A stretch of DNA of 64,000 nt, taken from a virus. The notes beneath the pieces were generated by a model, which saw nothing but the letters and a program-made list of their open reading frames with translations, made no database searches and was not told the DNA's origin. The stretch's first letter is position 1, and the number at the start of each line of letters is the position of its first letter. This document shows positions 26,891 to 40,445 of the stretch, piece by piece. The DNA lies in the IMG/VR virus record IMGVR_UViG_3300024270_000013, positions 48,575 through 112,574 of that record, one strand, 5' to 3'. A program made the position numbers and the translations under genes.

Positions 26891-28249
26891 ATGGCTATGA
26901 ACTTTGGTAAGGGCAATCGCTCTGTAGCTTTTAATCCTACTTCCGCTTTCCCTCTTGATGCACGAAGCTATTTTGAAAGTTATGATGCTGCGCTTAGTGC
27001 TGCAGCATTGGCAAAAGAGGTTGGAAGCTCTGAGTCTGTTTATTATTATGGTCAGACTTTAGTAGTAGTTGAAGATAATAAAGCTACTTTATATGTAATT
27101 CAGCCCGATAATAGTTTAGCTCCTATTGCGGGGGAGTCTGTAGAAGAGTTCGTTTTAGTTATTGATGATAAAGCTTTTGTAGTTGATTCTGAAACTGGCG
27201 AACTAAGTTTAAAGGGATTAGAAGGAGCGGCCGCAGGTACGGTATTAACTGTTGCATCTGATGGCTCAATCTCTTGGAAAGCTCCTGTTGATGCTTATAC
27301 TAAGGCTGAAACCGACGCGAAGATTGCGGCAGCTGCTCATTTAAAGAGAAAGATTGTTGGTAGTGTAGCAGATATTGAACAGTATATGGCTGAAAATGCT
27401 GATGCTGAACAATATATTTTTATGGTACCTGCCGATGAAATTTTTGATACTGATAAGTATGATGAGTATATGGTTGTCACCATTGCTGGTACTCAAGTGG
27501 TTGAAAAAGTTGGTTCTTGGGAAGTCGATTTAACTGATTATGCTAAGAAGAGTGACTTAAACAAAAAGGTTGATAAAGCGGATGGTGAACGTTTAATTAC
27601 AGCTGCTGAAGCTGAAAAATTAGAAGCTGTTAATGTAAATGCAGAAAAAAATATTATCAATTCTGTATCTAATGATTTTGAAGTTGTTAGTGAAGAAGGT
27701 ATTGATAGACAATTAACTTTAAAACCTTTTACTATCAATAAAGTTACTGGGTTACAAGATACTTTAAATAGTAAGGTTGATAAGATCGAAGGTTGGACTT
27801 TATTAAGTCCTACTGATTAGGGAAAATTAGCAAAGCTAGTTATTGATGAAGAGACTGGTAATGTTGGTATTTCTGGTACAGTTAATGTTGAGAATGTTCA
27901 AGGCTTGGAGGATTGGTTAAATAAAAATGCTGCTACCACCCCTGGACTTTCTGAAAACAATTTAACTGATGAAATGTATAATAAGCTATTAGATGCTTTG
28001 TTTATTAAAACCGTTGACACTAATCAATTAAATGTTGAAGATGGTCATTTGTCTATTAAGGCAATTGATTATTCAAAAGTTACTGGTCTTGATGAGGTTT
28101 TAGCACTTAAAGCTGATGCTTCTACTGTCACTGCGGTGAGCAGTAAAGTAAGTGCTTTAGAAACTTCTATTAATGATCACGTATCCGCTGCTAATAATAG
28201 ATTTACAGCAATTGAAGATCGTTTAACTTGGCACGGATTAACTAATTAA
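26891..28249 (+). CDS. Tail-fibre/coiled-coil protein, about 452 aa. One TAG read through (27818-27820).
   Basis: RBS AAGGAGGTAAAGATTT-ATG. Pieces 26891-27820 and 27905-28249 are in the same frame. Ends at TAA. Confidence 0.6.
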
Positions 28250-28269
28250 TTTAAAAGGAGAGTAATATA

Positions 28270-30636
28270 ATGGCTAATTTGAATTTTAAATGGGGTTCTC
28301 ATGAAAATCTAGTCAAAATGACTACTTCTGAAGTTGGTGCAATTTATTTCACTAAAGATGAGGGCTCTTTATATTTAGGCGTAGACGCAGAAAAAGCTCC
28401 TAAGAGAATTCAAGGTGTTGTTCAGTTCTATGAAAGTACTACTGCTTTTGCTGAAGCAACTAAGCCACCTTATTCTACTGATGTAATTTATTACATTGCG
28501 GATCAGGGTGCTTTAATCCGTTGGGATGATTCTACAGATAAGTTCTTGGTTATTAACGTTACTGCAGCAGAATTTACTGCTAAATCTGCTGAATTGTCTG
28601 GCAACATTACTGCTAATGCTAATGCTATTAGTGGTTTGCGCGGCGAAGTTGGTACCAAGGAAACTGACGAAAAAGCTGCTTTTGTATGGTTGAGAGATTT
28701 GCAAGATGCTGTCGATGCATTAAATGAATTAACAGGTCTAGGAAGTGGCGAAGGCGCCTCTTTGACTGAGCAGTTAAATACTTTAGTTGGCCGCTTAGAT
28801 GATGAAGGTGGTTTGGTTGACCGTATTGAAGCTTTAGAGTCTTGGAAAACTGATGCTGCTACTGATATCTTAGATCATGAGGGTCGTGTTACTACATTAG
28901 AAACCAACATGGGCACTCGTGCTGAAGGTGAGGCTGCTGTTTATCCTTGGTTAAATAGCTTACAGGATAGTGTAGACGACCATGAGACTCGTTTGGACGC
29001 TATTGATGGTGAAAACGGTAGCATCGCTACTGCTAATAGTCGCATTGATGGCTTGGCTTCTAGAACTACTGCAGTAGAAAATAAAGCAAACACTAATGCT
29101 GAGGATATTGTTAAGTTAAAGGCTGCTGATACCACTACTAATGCAGCTATTGAGGCTTTGCAGGGAGAAGATGGCTTGGCTGGCGTAAAGAGTCGTTTGA
29201 CTCCTTTGGAAACTGCCAAGACTGATCATGAAACTAGAATTCAAAAGTTAGAGAATGCTGATACCGAGATTAAAGCTGATGTAAAAGCAATTAATGATGA
29301 ATTACCAACTATTAGACAAGATATTTTAAATGCTGCCAATTCTGCAGCTGCTGCTAATGGTGCGATTGGTGATGCCAATACCGCAGGTACAGTAAAATAT
29401 GATATTGCTCAATTACAAGCAAAAGACACTTTAGTTGATGCTGATATCGAAGCTTTAGAAGGCCGAGTACAAGCTAATGAAAATGCTATTGGTAATGATG
29501 AAAAAGCTGATAGTATTAAGGGCCGTTTGAAGGCTACTGAGACTGTTGCAAATCAAGCTAAGGCTGATATTGTTACTATTAATAACACTTTAAGCGGCAA
29601 GGCTGATCAAAGTACTGTTAATGGTTTGAGTACTAAGGTTGGTAATTTAGAAACTGCCGTTGGTGCTCCAAAGTCTGGAAGCACTGCTGCTTCTGGTTTA
29701 TATGCAGAGACTGCTAACAATGCTGCTGCTATTGATTTAATTAATCAAAATATTGGCACTAAGGGCACTGCTGGTTCTACTGTTTATGGTGCTATTAAAG
29801 AAGTCGATGAAAAGACTCTTGCAAATGCTAATGAGATTAGCGCAGTAAGTGGTGTTGCTGATGGTGCTGCTGCTAAAGCCGCTGCCAATGAGGGCGCAAT
29901 CAATGATATCAATGATGAAATTGATGCTTTGAAGAAAGTGGATTCTGATCAGGCTACTACTAATGCTAATGTAGAATCTCGTTTAAGTACTGCTGAGGGT
30001 ACTATTAAGACTCATGGTACTGATATTCTTGCTTTGCAGAATGCTGCTTCTACTTATGCTAAGCAGGCTGATCTTGATAAAGAAATTGAAGATCGCGAAG
30101 CTGCTGATACTCAATTAAGAACTGATTTAAATGCTGAAATTGAAAGAAAAATTAATGCAGCTAATTCTTTAACTTATATTGATGGTATTTCTACTGCTGA
30201 TGAGTGGGATGCTGTAAAAGTAAAAGATGCTCATATTGGTGACACTTATGTTGTTGCTGAATCTAATTTAGCTTTAAATCTGGATTTGGACAATAATTCT
30301 AGTACTGCTGCAGTAAAGTGCTATGCTGGTGATTTGTTAATTGCCACTGCTAAAGAAGACGCTGTTGAAACTGAGGGTGTTTTGGCCGCTGCTGATATTG
30401 AGTGGGTCCATGTTCAGTCTGGTTATAAGGCAGAATTGCAGGGTAAGTTGAGTGTAGCTGATGTTGCTGGTACAGCTTCTGCCAATATTAACTTAACTTC
30501 TTTGAATGGTAATGGTACTGCAGGTGACTTAGGTCAGATTACTGTGACTTCTGCTTCTTCTAATTTGACTATTGAGGCTTCTGGCAACACTATGACCATT
30601 AATATGGTTTGGGATAGTTTTGATCCAGCTACTTAA
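28270..30636 (+). CDS. Tail-fibre protein (788 aa) with a fibre N-terminal motif and a long Ala-rich coiled-coil shaft. No TAG.
   Basis: Intact 788-aa ORF. N-terminus …NFKWGS…VGAIYFTKDEGSLYLGV. RBS AAAAGGAGAG. Terminator downstream. Confidence 0.8.
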   Translation: MANLNFKWGSHENLVKMTTSEVGAIYFTKDEGSLYLGVDAEKAPKRIQGVVQFYESTTAFAEATKPPYSTDVIYYIADQGALIRWDDSTDKFLVINVTAAEFTAKSAELSGNITANANAISGLRGEVGTKETDEKAAFVWLRDLQDAVDALNELTGLGSGEGASLTEQLNTLVGRLDDEGGLVDRIEALESWKTDAATDILDHEGRVTTLETNMGTRAEGEAAVYPWLNSLQDSVDDHETRLDAIDGENGSIATANSRIDGLASRTTAVENKANTNAEDIVKLKAADTTTNAAIEALQGEDGLAGVKSRLTPLETAKTDHETRIQKLENADTEIKADVKAINDELPTIRQDILNAANSAAAANGAIGDANTAGTVKYDIAQLQAKDTLVDADIEALEGRVQANENAIGNDEKADSIKGRLKATETVANQAKADIVTINNTLSGKADQSTVNGLSTKVGNLETAVGAPKSGSTAASGLYAETANNAAAIDLINQNIGTKGTAGSTVYGAIKEVDEKTLANANEISAVSGVADGAAAKAAANEGAINDINDEIDALKKVDSDQATTNANVESRLSTAEGTIKTHGTDILALQNAASTYAKQADLDKEIEDREAADTQLRTDLNAEIERKINAANSLTYIDGISTADEWDAVKVKDAHIGDTYVVAESNLALNLDLDNNSSTAAVKCYAGDLLIATAKEDAVETEGVLAAADIEWVHVQSGYKAELQGKLSVADVAGTASANINLTSLNGNGTAGDLGQITVTSASSNLTIEASGNTMTINMVWDSFDPAT

Positions 30637-30705
30637 TTGGACAAAAAATAATCATTAATTTATAAAAAAATTGAAATCTCTATGAGAGATAAAATATAAA
30701 GGCTT

Positions 30706-30748
30706 AAGGGGCGAAAGAGTTATCTCTTTCGTCCCTTTTTTCTTTTAT
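30706..30748 (+). terminator. Rho-independent terminator
   Basis: GGGCGAAAGAGTTATCTCTTTCGTCCC hairpin followed by TTTTTTCTTTT. Confidence 0.7.
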
Positions 30749-30786
30749 ACAAAAAAAATTATTTGAGAGAAAGGAGAACACTTCAT

Positions 30787-33700
30787 ATGAATACACCTTT
30801 CATTCCTATTTAGGGTAAGCGTGATACTATTCAAGCATAGGCAATTATTGAAGGTAATTTATATTTTGCTACTGACACTGGTGAAATGTTTTTGGATACC
30901 GCGAGTGAGCGTATTCCAGTTGGTGGTGGTGGAGTTTCTGTTCTATATGCAACTGCCGCAAGTGTTAGTCAAGATTTAACTGATTTAAGTTATATCATTT
31001 ATTTTGCTGATTTAGAAGATCAAGACGCTTCTCCTAAAAAAGACGACTTAATTATCAATTCTAATGGTACTTTCTATAAAGTTCGTTCTTATAATAAAAG
31101 TGCTGGTATTTTGAAATGTAGTCGTATTGCTGTTAGTGGAACTGGCGGCGGAGGGGGTTCTGGTGGTGGCGGCGGTGGAGACACTGGCGATGGTAAATAT
31201 GTAGAATTGGCTTGTGAAGGTACTGCTCCCAATGCGCAAACCTACATTTTTGAATAGCCATAGTTTATACATTTTTCTGTCGGTGCTTCACATGATTCTG
31301 TTTTAATTTTAAATTATCATGTTACCAATGTCGCAACAGAACAATCTAACACTTATTCCTTTTCTGTCCGTTCAGGAGAAACTCATAATTTTGATCTGGG
31401 TAGTGTGCTTGGTAAAGGTTAGAATACATTAGTCGTAGAGGCAATTGGTAGCAACTCTGGTACCAATCAACTACAATATGGTTCAATTTCTTGTATTGAA
31501 TTAGCATTAAAAGAAAGTTCTAATTTCAATCCTTTAAAATATGCCTATAACTCTGATATGAGTTTTCATTTTATTCCAGTAGGCACAGTAAAGAAAAGAT
31601 TAAATGTATATATTGATGATGTTTTGGAAGAGAGCGCCTGTAAGGATTTACTTGCAACAGATAATGAACAATCTATGTCTGTAACTATTCCAAAAAAGAA
31701 ACATGGTGTTTACACATTGAAGGCTGAGTTAACTTATAATACTGGTGTTACCACTATTGCAACAAAACCTTTGATTTATCAAATTGTCTTTTTGGAACCT
31801 AATAATGATGCTCCTGTTATTTGGTTTAATAATGTCCCAGAGAAAATTACTAACCATGATAAACTAAATATCCAATATATGGTTTATGATCCAGCATCTC
31901 CTGATCGTACTTCAATTCGTAGATGGATTAATAATAATGAGATTGCTAGCTTGGATAATATCGCTCATAGTGAAACTACCTGGTTAAATTGGAATATTTC
32001 CAATTATGAGGTGGGCGAAAATACATTTACTTTAATGTGTGGCACTACCTCTGCTAGCGTATCTTTGTATGTAGAAGAAGATGAATTACGAGATTTAGAT
32101 ATTTTAACTAGTGATTTATATTTAAATCTAACTTCTGTTGGTAGAAGTAATTCAGAAAACGAGACTGAACGCCAAACCTGGTTCTTTGAACGTAGTGATG
32201 GAACAAAGTCTGTTGTTAAGTTTAATAATTTTAACTGGTATAACAATGGTTGGGTTAATGATTTGGCTACTGGGGATTCAGTATTAAGAATTAGTAATGG
32301 TGCTTCCATTGAAATTCCTGTTAGTGTTATGAATACTCGTGATTTGGATACTAACTTAACTTTTGAAATTCAATTCAAATTAAGAAATGTCCAAAAGTAT
32401 GAAAATTTAATTGAGGTTACTTCTGAGGAAATTAAAGACGCAGAAGGCAATACTGTAGAAGTTAAAGTTACTAAAACTGTTAAATCTACTGACGGTGTAT
32501 GGTGCAATTATTATGATAATGAAATTGGCATGTGCTTAGGAACTCAAGAAGGTTTCTTTAAATCTAAGCAGGTTATTGCTTCTGGTCGTTATAAAGAAGA
32601 CGAAATTTTAACTGTAAGTTTTGTTGCTGAAAAAGCTGCTGCAACCAATCAATATCCTTTGATTTATATGTATATTAATGGCATTATGAGTTCTATTATT
32701 AATTATGATAAAACTAGTGATTCTTTTGCTAGTGGCGTAAAAACTTTAGTAATTAACTCAAATTATTGTGATGTTGATTTATATAAAGTTCGTATTTATT
32801 AGGCTGCTTTATCAAGCGCTGATGTGGTTCATAATTATATTGCCGATCAAAATAGCGCTGAGCTATATGATATGAACCAAATTATTGAATTTAAAGATAA
32901 TATCCCATCAATTAGTTATACTAAGATGAGAGATTATAATGATGCACATCCAGAAAGTCCATTATAGGCTTATGCAGTGTTGGAATGTGTAGATAAAACC
33001 GAGGATTTATTACCTTATATTAAAGGTGGTAAAAAGAAAGTTAATGTAACTTTCGTCAACCCTTCTTTGGATTATGCCTATAAAAATAAATTAATTACTG
33101 GTGCGCAATACTTAATGGGATGTCCTAGTTATACAGCTACTAATATTGAGTTTGACGTTCAAGGAACATCTTCTCAAGGTTATCCTCGTCGTAATTATAA
33201 AGGTAAATTCAAGAAGAAGGATGATAATTCTTGGAAATATACTGATGGCCCTCTTGCAGGTAAAGAAATCGGTGAAAAGAACGAGTATGAAGGAGTAGAG
33301 TATAAAGGATTCTATATGGATAATCATTACTCTGAAACTACATTTACTTGGAAAGCCGATTATATGGAAAGTTCTATGACTCATAATACGGGCTATGCTA
33401 GTTTTGTTAAGACTTTATATAGTAAACATCCTTTGCAAGATTATGATCCTGATATTGATGTAACTGATCGCCGCACTACGGTTTATGGTTTCCCAATGAT
33501 TGTTTTCCAAAAGAAAGCAGATGGCAGCTATGAATTTATTGGTCGTTACAATTATAATCTTGATAAAGGTTGTAATAATGTTATTGGATTTGAAGATGAA
33601 ACTGCTCATCCTTATGTTGAAGGCAAAACTTTTAAAGATGTTGCTGAATGCTGGGAGCTACTAAATAACCAAGGCGGCCGCACATCATTTACAGTCACTA

Positions 33701-36700
33701 ATTTTGATGAAGTAGATGATGAGGGTAAATTGGCTGTATTAAATGATTTTGAATATCGTTATCACGTTGATGAAGATGATATTGATGACGCTCTGGATAA
33801 GAAAAATGATTTTGCTAATAAAACTTAGACTGAAATTAACACTTTCTTATTGAGTAAATATGATAACCTACGTAAAGTGGCTGAGTGGTTAGAATCTACC
33901 AATTCTTTGGCACCAACCAATGAACCTATTGAACCTTATACTGCTGGTGGTTAGACTTATACGACAGACAGTGCTGAATATCGTTTAGCCAAGTTTGCTA
34001 ATGAATTTGATAAATGGTTTGATTAGGAATATTGTGCAATCTATTTTATTATGACTGAAATGTTACTATTATATGACTCTCGTGGTAAGAATATGATGTT
34101 GGCTACATGGGGACCTCAAGAGGTCGGTGGTAATTATATCTGGTATCCTATCTTCTACGATATTGATACTCAATTAGGTGTTAATAATTCAGGTGTACCT
34201 TCTTGGGAATATGATGTCGAACCATCTCCTATTGTTAATACCGAAGGTGGTATTTTCTCTACCGCAGGTAGTGTATTGTGGTATAATTTTGAAAAATGTT
34301 TCTTAGATACTGCAAAATCTTACTATCAAGATATTCGCAAGAATGGCTTAAAATATGAAAAATTAAAAGGTTATTATGACTATGATGCCAATGTAAGTGG
34401 ATCTTACGCTATGATGGGTCATCGTCCCGTTAATATTATTAATGTTGATCAATATTGGAAATATATTGCTCCTACTTTTAGTGGTTACATTAATACTAGT
34501 GGCACTATATCTAAAGATGAGGGTAAGCGCTTCTATTGTTTATAGGGTAGTCGTCAATTACATCGAGATTTATTCTTGAGAAATAGATTTAATTATATTG
34601 ATAGTAAATGGTTGGGAGATACTTATGCTTATGAGGGCGCAGTTTCTCAATTACAGATTCGTTGTAATGCCAACTATGGTGGTACTTCTGATAAATACTT
34701 AAATCGAGAGATTACTGCTGAAGATACAGGTTTTGAACAATATACTTATCCACATCCACTTGATGCGGATTTAACTTTTGAAGTTACTCCATATTTACAA
34801 TAGTACAATTCTTTATGGTTTGATAAAACTATGATGACATTCCCACAGAAGTGGGATGGAAAAAATCCAAATAAATTACAACTAACTGCGGAAAAACAAA
34901 CTGCTGTTGAAACTTATAAAGGTTTAACTCAACAGTTATTCTATATTGGCGGTGGCGAATACATTTCTTCTCTTGGAGATTTGAGTTTAAAGTATCCTGA
35001 TGAATTGTATTTAACTGCTTTAAAGCGCTTAAGAGACGTACGCGTGGGTAATGATACTCCTGGTTTTTATAATGGTATTTTAAAAGTCTTTACTTTAGGT
35101 GCTAGTGCTTTAAATCCAGATGGTACTCCTAACGAGAATACAAAAGCTCTACTTGAGCAAGTAATTTTAACCAATGTTCAATCTTTAACTGGCGCTATTG
35201 ATGTTACTGGTGCAGAAAAATTAAAAGAGTTCCGTGCTCTTGGAACAACTATTACTGGTGTATCATTTGCGGACGGTGGTCAAATGGAGATTGTACACTT
35301 GCCTAATACAATCGCACACTTGACATTTATTGAGCCAATTAAATTAAAAGGTTTAATTCAAGGTGAGAGCGATTGGAAAGATGCTAAGGGTAATTTTGTA
35401 CCTGGTCTTTATATTCCTGGTATCACTTCCACAGGTAATTTAAATGCTTCTACTGGTATTGAAAAATTGCAAGTTGTTGGCGGCAATATGGGATATAGTT
35501 CTTATCAATTAATGAAAAATTTAGTTGATATTAAGAAAACTATGCAGACCTCTGCTGAATTTACCAATGCTCAAAAGAATATTTCTATAGCATTAGAAAA
35601 AGTTTTATGGTCTCCTTATAAATTAGTTGAATCTGGAGTAGCTAAAAATAATGAGAAATCTTATGTTTTAAAAACTGAGAATTCTACATTTGTTCCTTAT
35701 ACTCCCACAGATGCTGATTGGGATCAAAATACATTAAATGCTTTGGTATATGAAGTATTGCCTGATGCTTTAAATGATCAAGATTGCTTAACTGATTTAA
35801 GTTTAATTAACTTATTTATTGGCGAAGAGAATTTGGCAAATCGTGATACTAACTATTTTAGAGATATTACTGAATATGGTGATGACCGTCCAACTTATCC
35901 ATATTTATCTGGTGATATTTTTATTAATAACCCAAGTACTTCAAAAATTTCTGAATTTGAAATTAAATAGATTATGGATACTTATTATCCCGATTTAAAT
36001 ATTTTTGTTGCGAATGTTGATCCTGCATATACTCTAAAAATGGTTGAAATTGTTACTGATGCAGAGGCAGGTACAAAACAAACTATTGAATTGCAATCTG
36101 TAAAGTATGATAAGAGTTCAACTACTCCTATTAAAGTGACAGATATTAAAGCAAATCCGTCTAGACTACATCACTACTTTAAGGGTTGGAGCCTAACTGA
36201 AGATGGAGAAGTTTTAAGTAATGAAGAAATTGAAGCTTTAACATTTAGCACCTCTAAAATGACTCATATTTTATATGCAGTATTTGATTGGGATAGCTAC
36301 ACTGCAACATTCTATAATGGTGATGTTGAATTGGGAGAAAAGCCAACAGTCATTTATGGTCAATATTTCTATGAGCCTGCTGAAGTACCAAGTAGAGAGG
36401 CGGATGAAGAATCATTGCCATTAACAGAGCGTTTGGCATTCTATGGCTGGTCTGATAAATATCAAACTAACCCTGTGGCGCCTTCTGAGGAGGCGGCCGC
36501 CAAGTTGGTAATTGATGTAACGGCAGTAAAAGCCATTGAAAATAGAAACTTCTATGCTGTCTTTGTTCAAGAGAATGTTTATAGTAAAGCAACTGATGAA
36601 AAATATTTTGAATTTATTGGACCTGTTACTGTAAATAACGTAGAAGGTTATTAGATTAGAACAAGTAGTGCCTATGATTTAAAGGGTAAAATTACTATTC

Positions 36701-37464
36701 CTGCAACCCATAATGGCTTACCTATTGTTTCTATGGGATATTTTACTAGCGCTTTAAGAGCTACTGGTATTTTCTTTATGGATAACATTTTCTTCTATGA
36801 AGTTGGTACTGAGGCATTTAAAACTGATATGCATAGCGCTGATATTAAATTAAAAGGTGTATATTTACCAGAGTCAGTTATGTATATTAGAGACAGTGCT
36901 TTTAATGGTGTTCAAGGATTGGAACATGTAAGTGAGCAATATGCGAAAGATGGTATCGTAGGACATTTGAGTGATAATCTTGTGTATATTGGAACGCGTG
37001 CTTTCTATAACACTAAGGCTCTATATGTTGCCAATTTACCTTCTAAATTGACTATTGTAAAAGATAGTAGCTTCTATGGAGCAGGAAAGAATGTAACATT
37101 ATCTGCCTTACCAGATAATATTACAAAAATAGAAATGGCAGCATTCATGCAATGTCCTAATATTCAAATTACGAATTTTGGTAAGCAAGCTAATGAAATT
37201 GGATCCTCTTCTGGATTAAGTTATATTGGTACTTATGCTTTCGCTAATGCGGGTTTAACTGGTGCTCATTCTTCTATTAAGAGTATCTTTATTTGGGATA
37301 CTGTTACATCCATTGAAGCAAATGCTTTTATGTCTTATGGATCTAATATAACTGCCTATACTTCATTTGCAGAAGCTCCTACTGGATGGACAGATGTTGC
37401 AATTAACGGCCCCTCTGCTCTTGGATTGGCTAATATTGAGTATAATTATACTGGGGAGGTATAA
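30787..37464 (+). CDS. Giant tail fibre/adhesin, about 2225 aa, with a C-terminal BspA-type leucine-rich repeat domain. Many TAG read through.
   Basis: RBS GAGAGAAAGGAGA. N-terminal fibre motif …AIIEGNLYFATDTGEMFLDT. There is a Gly-rich linker (GGGGSGGGGGGDTGDG). Eight ORF-track pieces (30886, 31558, 32977, 34051, 34576, 34831, 35974, 36733) are in frame 1 and each junction was read as TAG. The C-terminal 240 aa show BspA-like LRR repeats (IRDSAFNG…IGTRAFYN…IVKDSSFYGA…IEMAAFMQC…IGTYAFANA…IEANAFMSY). Ends at TAA 37462-37464. Confidence 0.65.
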
Positions 37465-37467
37465 TCT

Positions 37468-37680
37468 ATGACAAAATAGAAATTATATAAATATATCGGC
37501 TATAATGGAACTATTACTTCACCAGTCTTATTGCCTGGAATTGATCATTTGGAATTAATTGAGCTTCGAGCTGATGGCGATAAATATTTAACAGATGGAG
37601 AGCGTAAAGTGTCTTCCATTGTTGTTCCTGCCGATGAAGTCGATAATTGGACCGAAGAAGTTCGGGGTATTGTTGACTAA
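37468..37680 (+). CDS. Small hypothetical protein, about 70 aa, with TAG at codon 4.
   Basis: ATG 37468 preceded by GGGGAGG; ends at TAA 37678-37680. Preferred over the antisense ORF 37514-37816 on the minus strand because of operon orientation and the downstream terminator. Confidence 0.35.
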
Positions 37681-37705
37681 TCTTATTTGAAAATTTTTTA
37701 TAATC

Positions 37706-37742
37706 CAAGAGGAAGGAAACTTCCTCTTGGATTTCATTTATA
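37706..37742 (+). terminator. Hairpin terminator candidate
   Basis: CCAAGAGGAAGGAAACTTCCTCTTGG, a perfect 11-bp stem, followed by ATTTCATTTAT. Confidence 0.5.
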
Positions 37743-37760
37743 GAAAGGAAGGTATATAAC

Positions 37761-39671
37761 GTGGTTACTATTTTGAATAAAAATTCATCCGTTGAACTAT
37801 GGGAAAAATATGCCAAGTTATTTTCTAAGGCTTATGATGATTTAGTAAAATTAGGCAAGGTCGAGGCGGGCGGTCGTTTTACCAGTTTGGATCAATATTT
37901 TGCCCATATGGGTGATTTATTAGAAACTAATAAGCCAATGTATATGTTGTTACCTTTGGATGAAGCACCTTTCGCTGTTAATGCAAATGCAAGATCTGTT
38001 ACTATTCCTGCTGAGTTCGCTAAATGTGGCGCCGTTAAAGGAGATAATTATTGCGAGATTGCTACTTTTGTAATTGACAGATATTTTGATTATAAGGATT
38101 TGGCAGAAGCTAATATTGCTATTCAATGGGTGAATGCCAACAATGAAGAAGGTATTTCTCATATCCAATTAATTGATTTAGAAAGTGAAGAAGGTAAAAT
38201 CCGTTTCGGTTGGCCTTTAGTTGAGAATATTACTAAATATCCTGGCCCAATTAAATTCGCTATTCGTTTCTTTGTTCCAAGTGAAACGGAAGCTAATAAA
38301 TTTGATTATTTGTTAAACACTTTACCAGCTACTTTAACAGTTAAGGATGGCTTAAATGTTATTAATCCTAAGCATATTCATGAGAATGATTATAATGAAT
38401 TTAAGTCTTTTGTTAAAAACAGTCAAAATCCTGCTTATATTACTCCTGTATCCCCATTTTTTACAGAAGTAAATGGTGGCATTGATTTGGATAAATATGC
38501 TGCTATTGATCTTGACACAAATGAACTTAAATTTGAAGCTTAGGCCGTAACTTCTGATTTAGGCGATATTACTTATAAGTGGTTCTACATTCCTTCTGGC
38601 TCTACTGAAAAGCGAGAGGTTGTTGGTGGAGACGGAGTTTATGAAGTGAAATTAACTGACTATGTTAAAGTTGATTTAATCACCGATGAAAACGGTGTAG
38701 TTACTAACAAAAAAGGTTTAGATAAGTATTGGGTAAAAACTGGTAGTGATGAAGCTGCAAGTTATACTCTATATACTGGTGATTGGCCACCTGCCGCAGA
38801 TGCAGAACTATATGAAATTGTCACGTCTTTATCTTTTGAAGATAGCGAAGTTGATGTAGTTGGTGAGTATTGGGTTGAAGCGGTAAATACCATTGGTACT
38901 AACTCTGTAAATCCTGTTCCCAGCACTCATTGTATCGTTCCTGCTCCAAATGCTATGGTTTATACAAAAGATTTAAAAGCTCATGAGTTCGCAGTAGCCC
39001 CTGCCGCAGGCCAAGCTCCTAAGGCAGATTTAGCAATTGAATTAAAAGCAGATGGTAATAATCCTACTATCACCTACGCCTGGTATAAGAGCACTGCTGG
39101 TGCAGATGGCGATTTCGGTGAAGCTATCCCTGGAGCAGAAAGCGCCACTTATAGTGCTGCTGAGGCAGGCTGGTATAAAGTTGTTCCCGTTGCTCGTTTA
39201 AATCGTAAGATTGAAAGTGAAGAAAGTAATATTTGTAAAGTTACTATGCTGCCTGCTGAACCCGTTATTCAGAAAATGTCTTATAAATTAGAAACTGCAA
39301 CTGATTATACAGAATTACCATCATTGGCGGATGGCGGTACTATGTTTGATGTATATAAGTTCGGTAACATTATTAATTTAAAAGTTGAAACTGATTTAGA
39401 TAACGCTGCTGAATTAGGACTTTTATCTGAAGGTTTAACTTATGTTTGGTATGTTCAAGAACCTGATACCAACCCTCGTCAATTAACTGCCAAAGATATT
39501 GGCTCTAATACTTTATTAGAAGTTGGAACTAATTTAAATAGTGGCGAAATTAAAGTTCGATGCGTTGCTGATGGTGCTAAATATACTTATTTTTGCGATA
39601 TTATTAATACTATTCAGGGAGCAACTGCCAAAGTAAAGAGTTCTTCTTATAATACATTTACTATTGCTTAA
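37761..39671 (+). CDS. Structural protein, about 636 aa. One TAG read through at 38541-38543. Its N-terminal domain is a paralogue of the next gene.
   Basis: GTG start after GAAAGGAAGG. Pieces 37761-38543 and 38646-39671 are in the same frame. Ends at TAA. Confidence 0.6.
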
Positions 39672-39692
39672 TAAGATAGGGGGTAATATCAT

Positions 39693-40310
39693 ATGATTAC
39701 TACCTATGAAGAGTACAATAGCAATCTTCATTTAGTAAATAATGCTAATCCTCCAATCTATGCCATGCTACCCTCTGCAGAAAATATTTATAATATTGAT
39801 GCGTCCACTCGTGAGGTGGACGCACCAAAATTCTTATCTGTAGAAAAAGACCATAAATCTGAAACTATATATTTTATTGTTGATAGATTTGTTGATTATA
39901 TGGACTTAGCTACTACATGCTGTGTAGTAACATATACTAATCTTACAGCAGGGATTTCTCGTATTTATCATGTACCTTTTTATGATATCTATACATATGC
40001 CAATGAACAAAAAATGTTACTTCCTTGGTGTTTAGATGCTAATGTAGCAGTAAAAAAAGGTAAAGTTGAATTTGCAATTCAATTTTATAAAGTTGGAGAA
40101 GTTCCTGATGAAGAAAATGGTGGAACTAAAAAAGTTTTAACTTATAGTTTAAATACCATTCCCGCACGTAGTGAAATATTAGCAGGTATGGAAGTTAAAA
40201 AAATGGATAGTAGCTATTTATTAAATGCTAGTCAATATCAAGATTTAGATGATCGTTTAAAAAGATTAGAAGATCCTGTTAAGGCTGTCTATTGGACTAT
40301 TCTTGATTAA
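39693..40310 (+). CDS. Structural protein (205 aa), a paralogue of the N-terminal domain of the preceding gene. No TAG.
   Basis: Shared motifs: P(M/I)Y(M/A)(L/M)LP…, FVIDRYFDYKDLAEA versus FIVDRFVDYMDLATT, and KFAIRFF versus EFAIQFY. Confidence 0.65.
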   Translation: MITTYEEYNSNLHLVNNANPPIYAMLPSAENIYNIDASTREVDAPKFLSVEKDHKSETIYFIVDRFVDYMDLATTCCVVTYTNLTAGISRIYHVPFYDIYTYANEQKMLLPWCLDANVAVKKGKVEFAIQFYKVGEVPDEENGGTKKVLTYSLNTIPARSEILAGMEVKKMDSSYLLNASQYQDLDDRLKRLEDPVKAVYWTILD

Positions 40311-40315
40311 TTTAC

Positions 40316-40362
40316 ATGGAGGATGTAATTGTAAAAATTATATCCTCCATTTTTTTTATTGA
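40316..40362 (+). terminator. Rho-independent terminator
   Basis: GGAGGATGTAATT…ATATCCTCC hairpin followed by ATTTTTTTTT. Confidence 0.6.
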
Positions 40363-40445
40363 GGCCAAAATAATATAAATGTTCTATGAAGTTTTTCATA
40401 ATGTATAGATGAAAAAAATATATGAGGAAAGGAGAACATTTTTAA

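Noticed and set aside
37514-37816. 100-aa minus-strand ORF in the 37465-37760 gap.
   Set aside because: It would run against the operon, overlaps the hairpin terminator, and has no convincing RBS. A short plus-strand gene (37468-37680) with an RBS fits better, though that call is itself low confidence.
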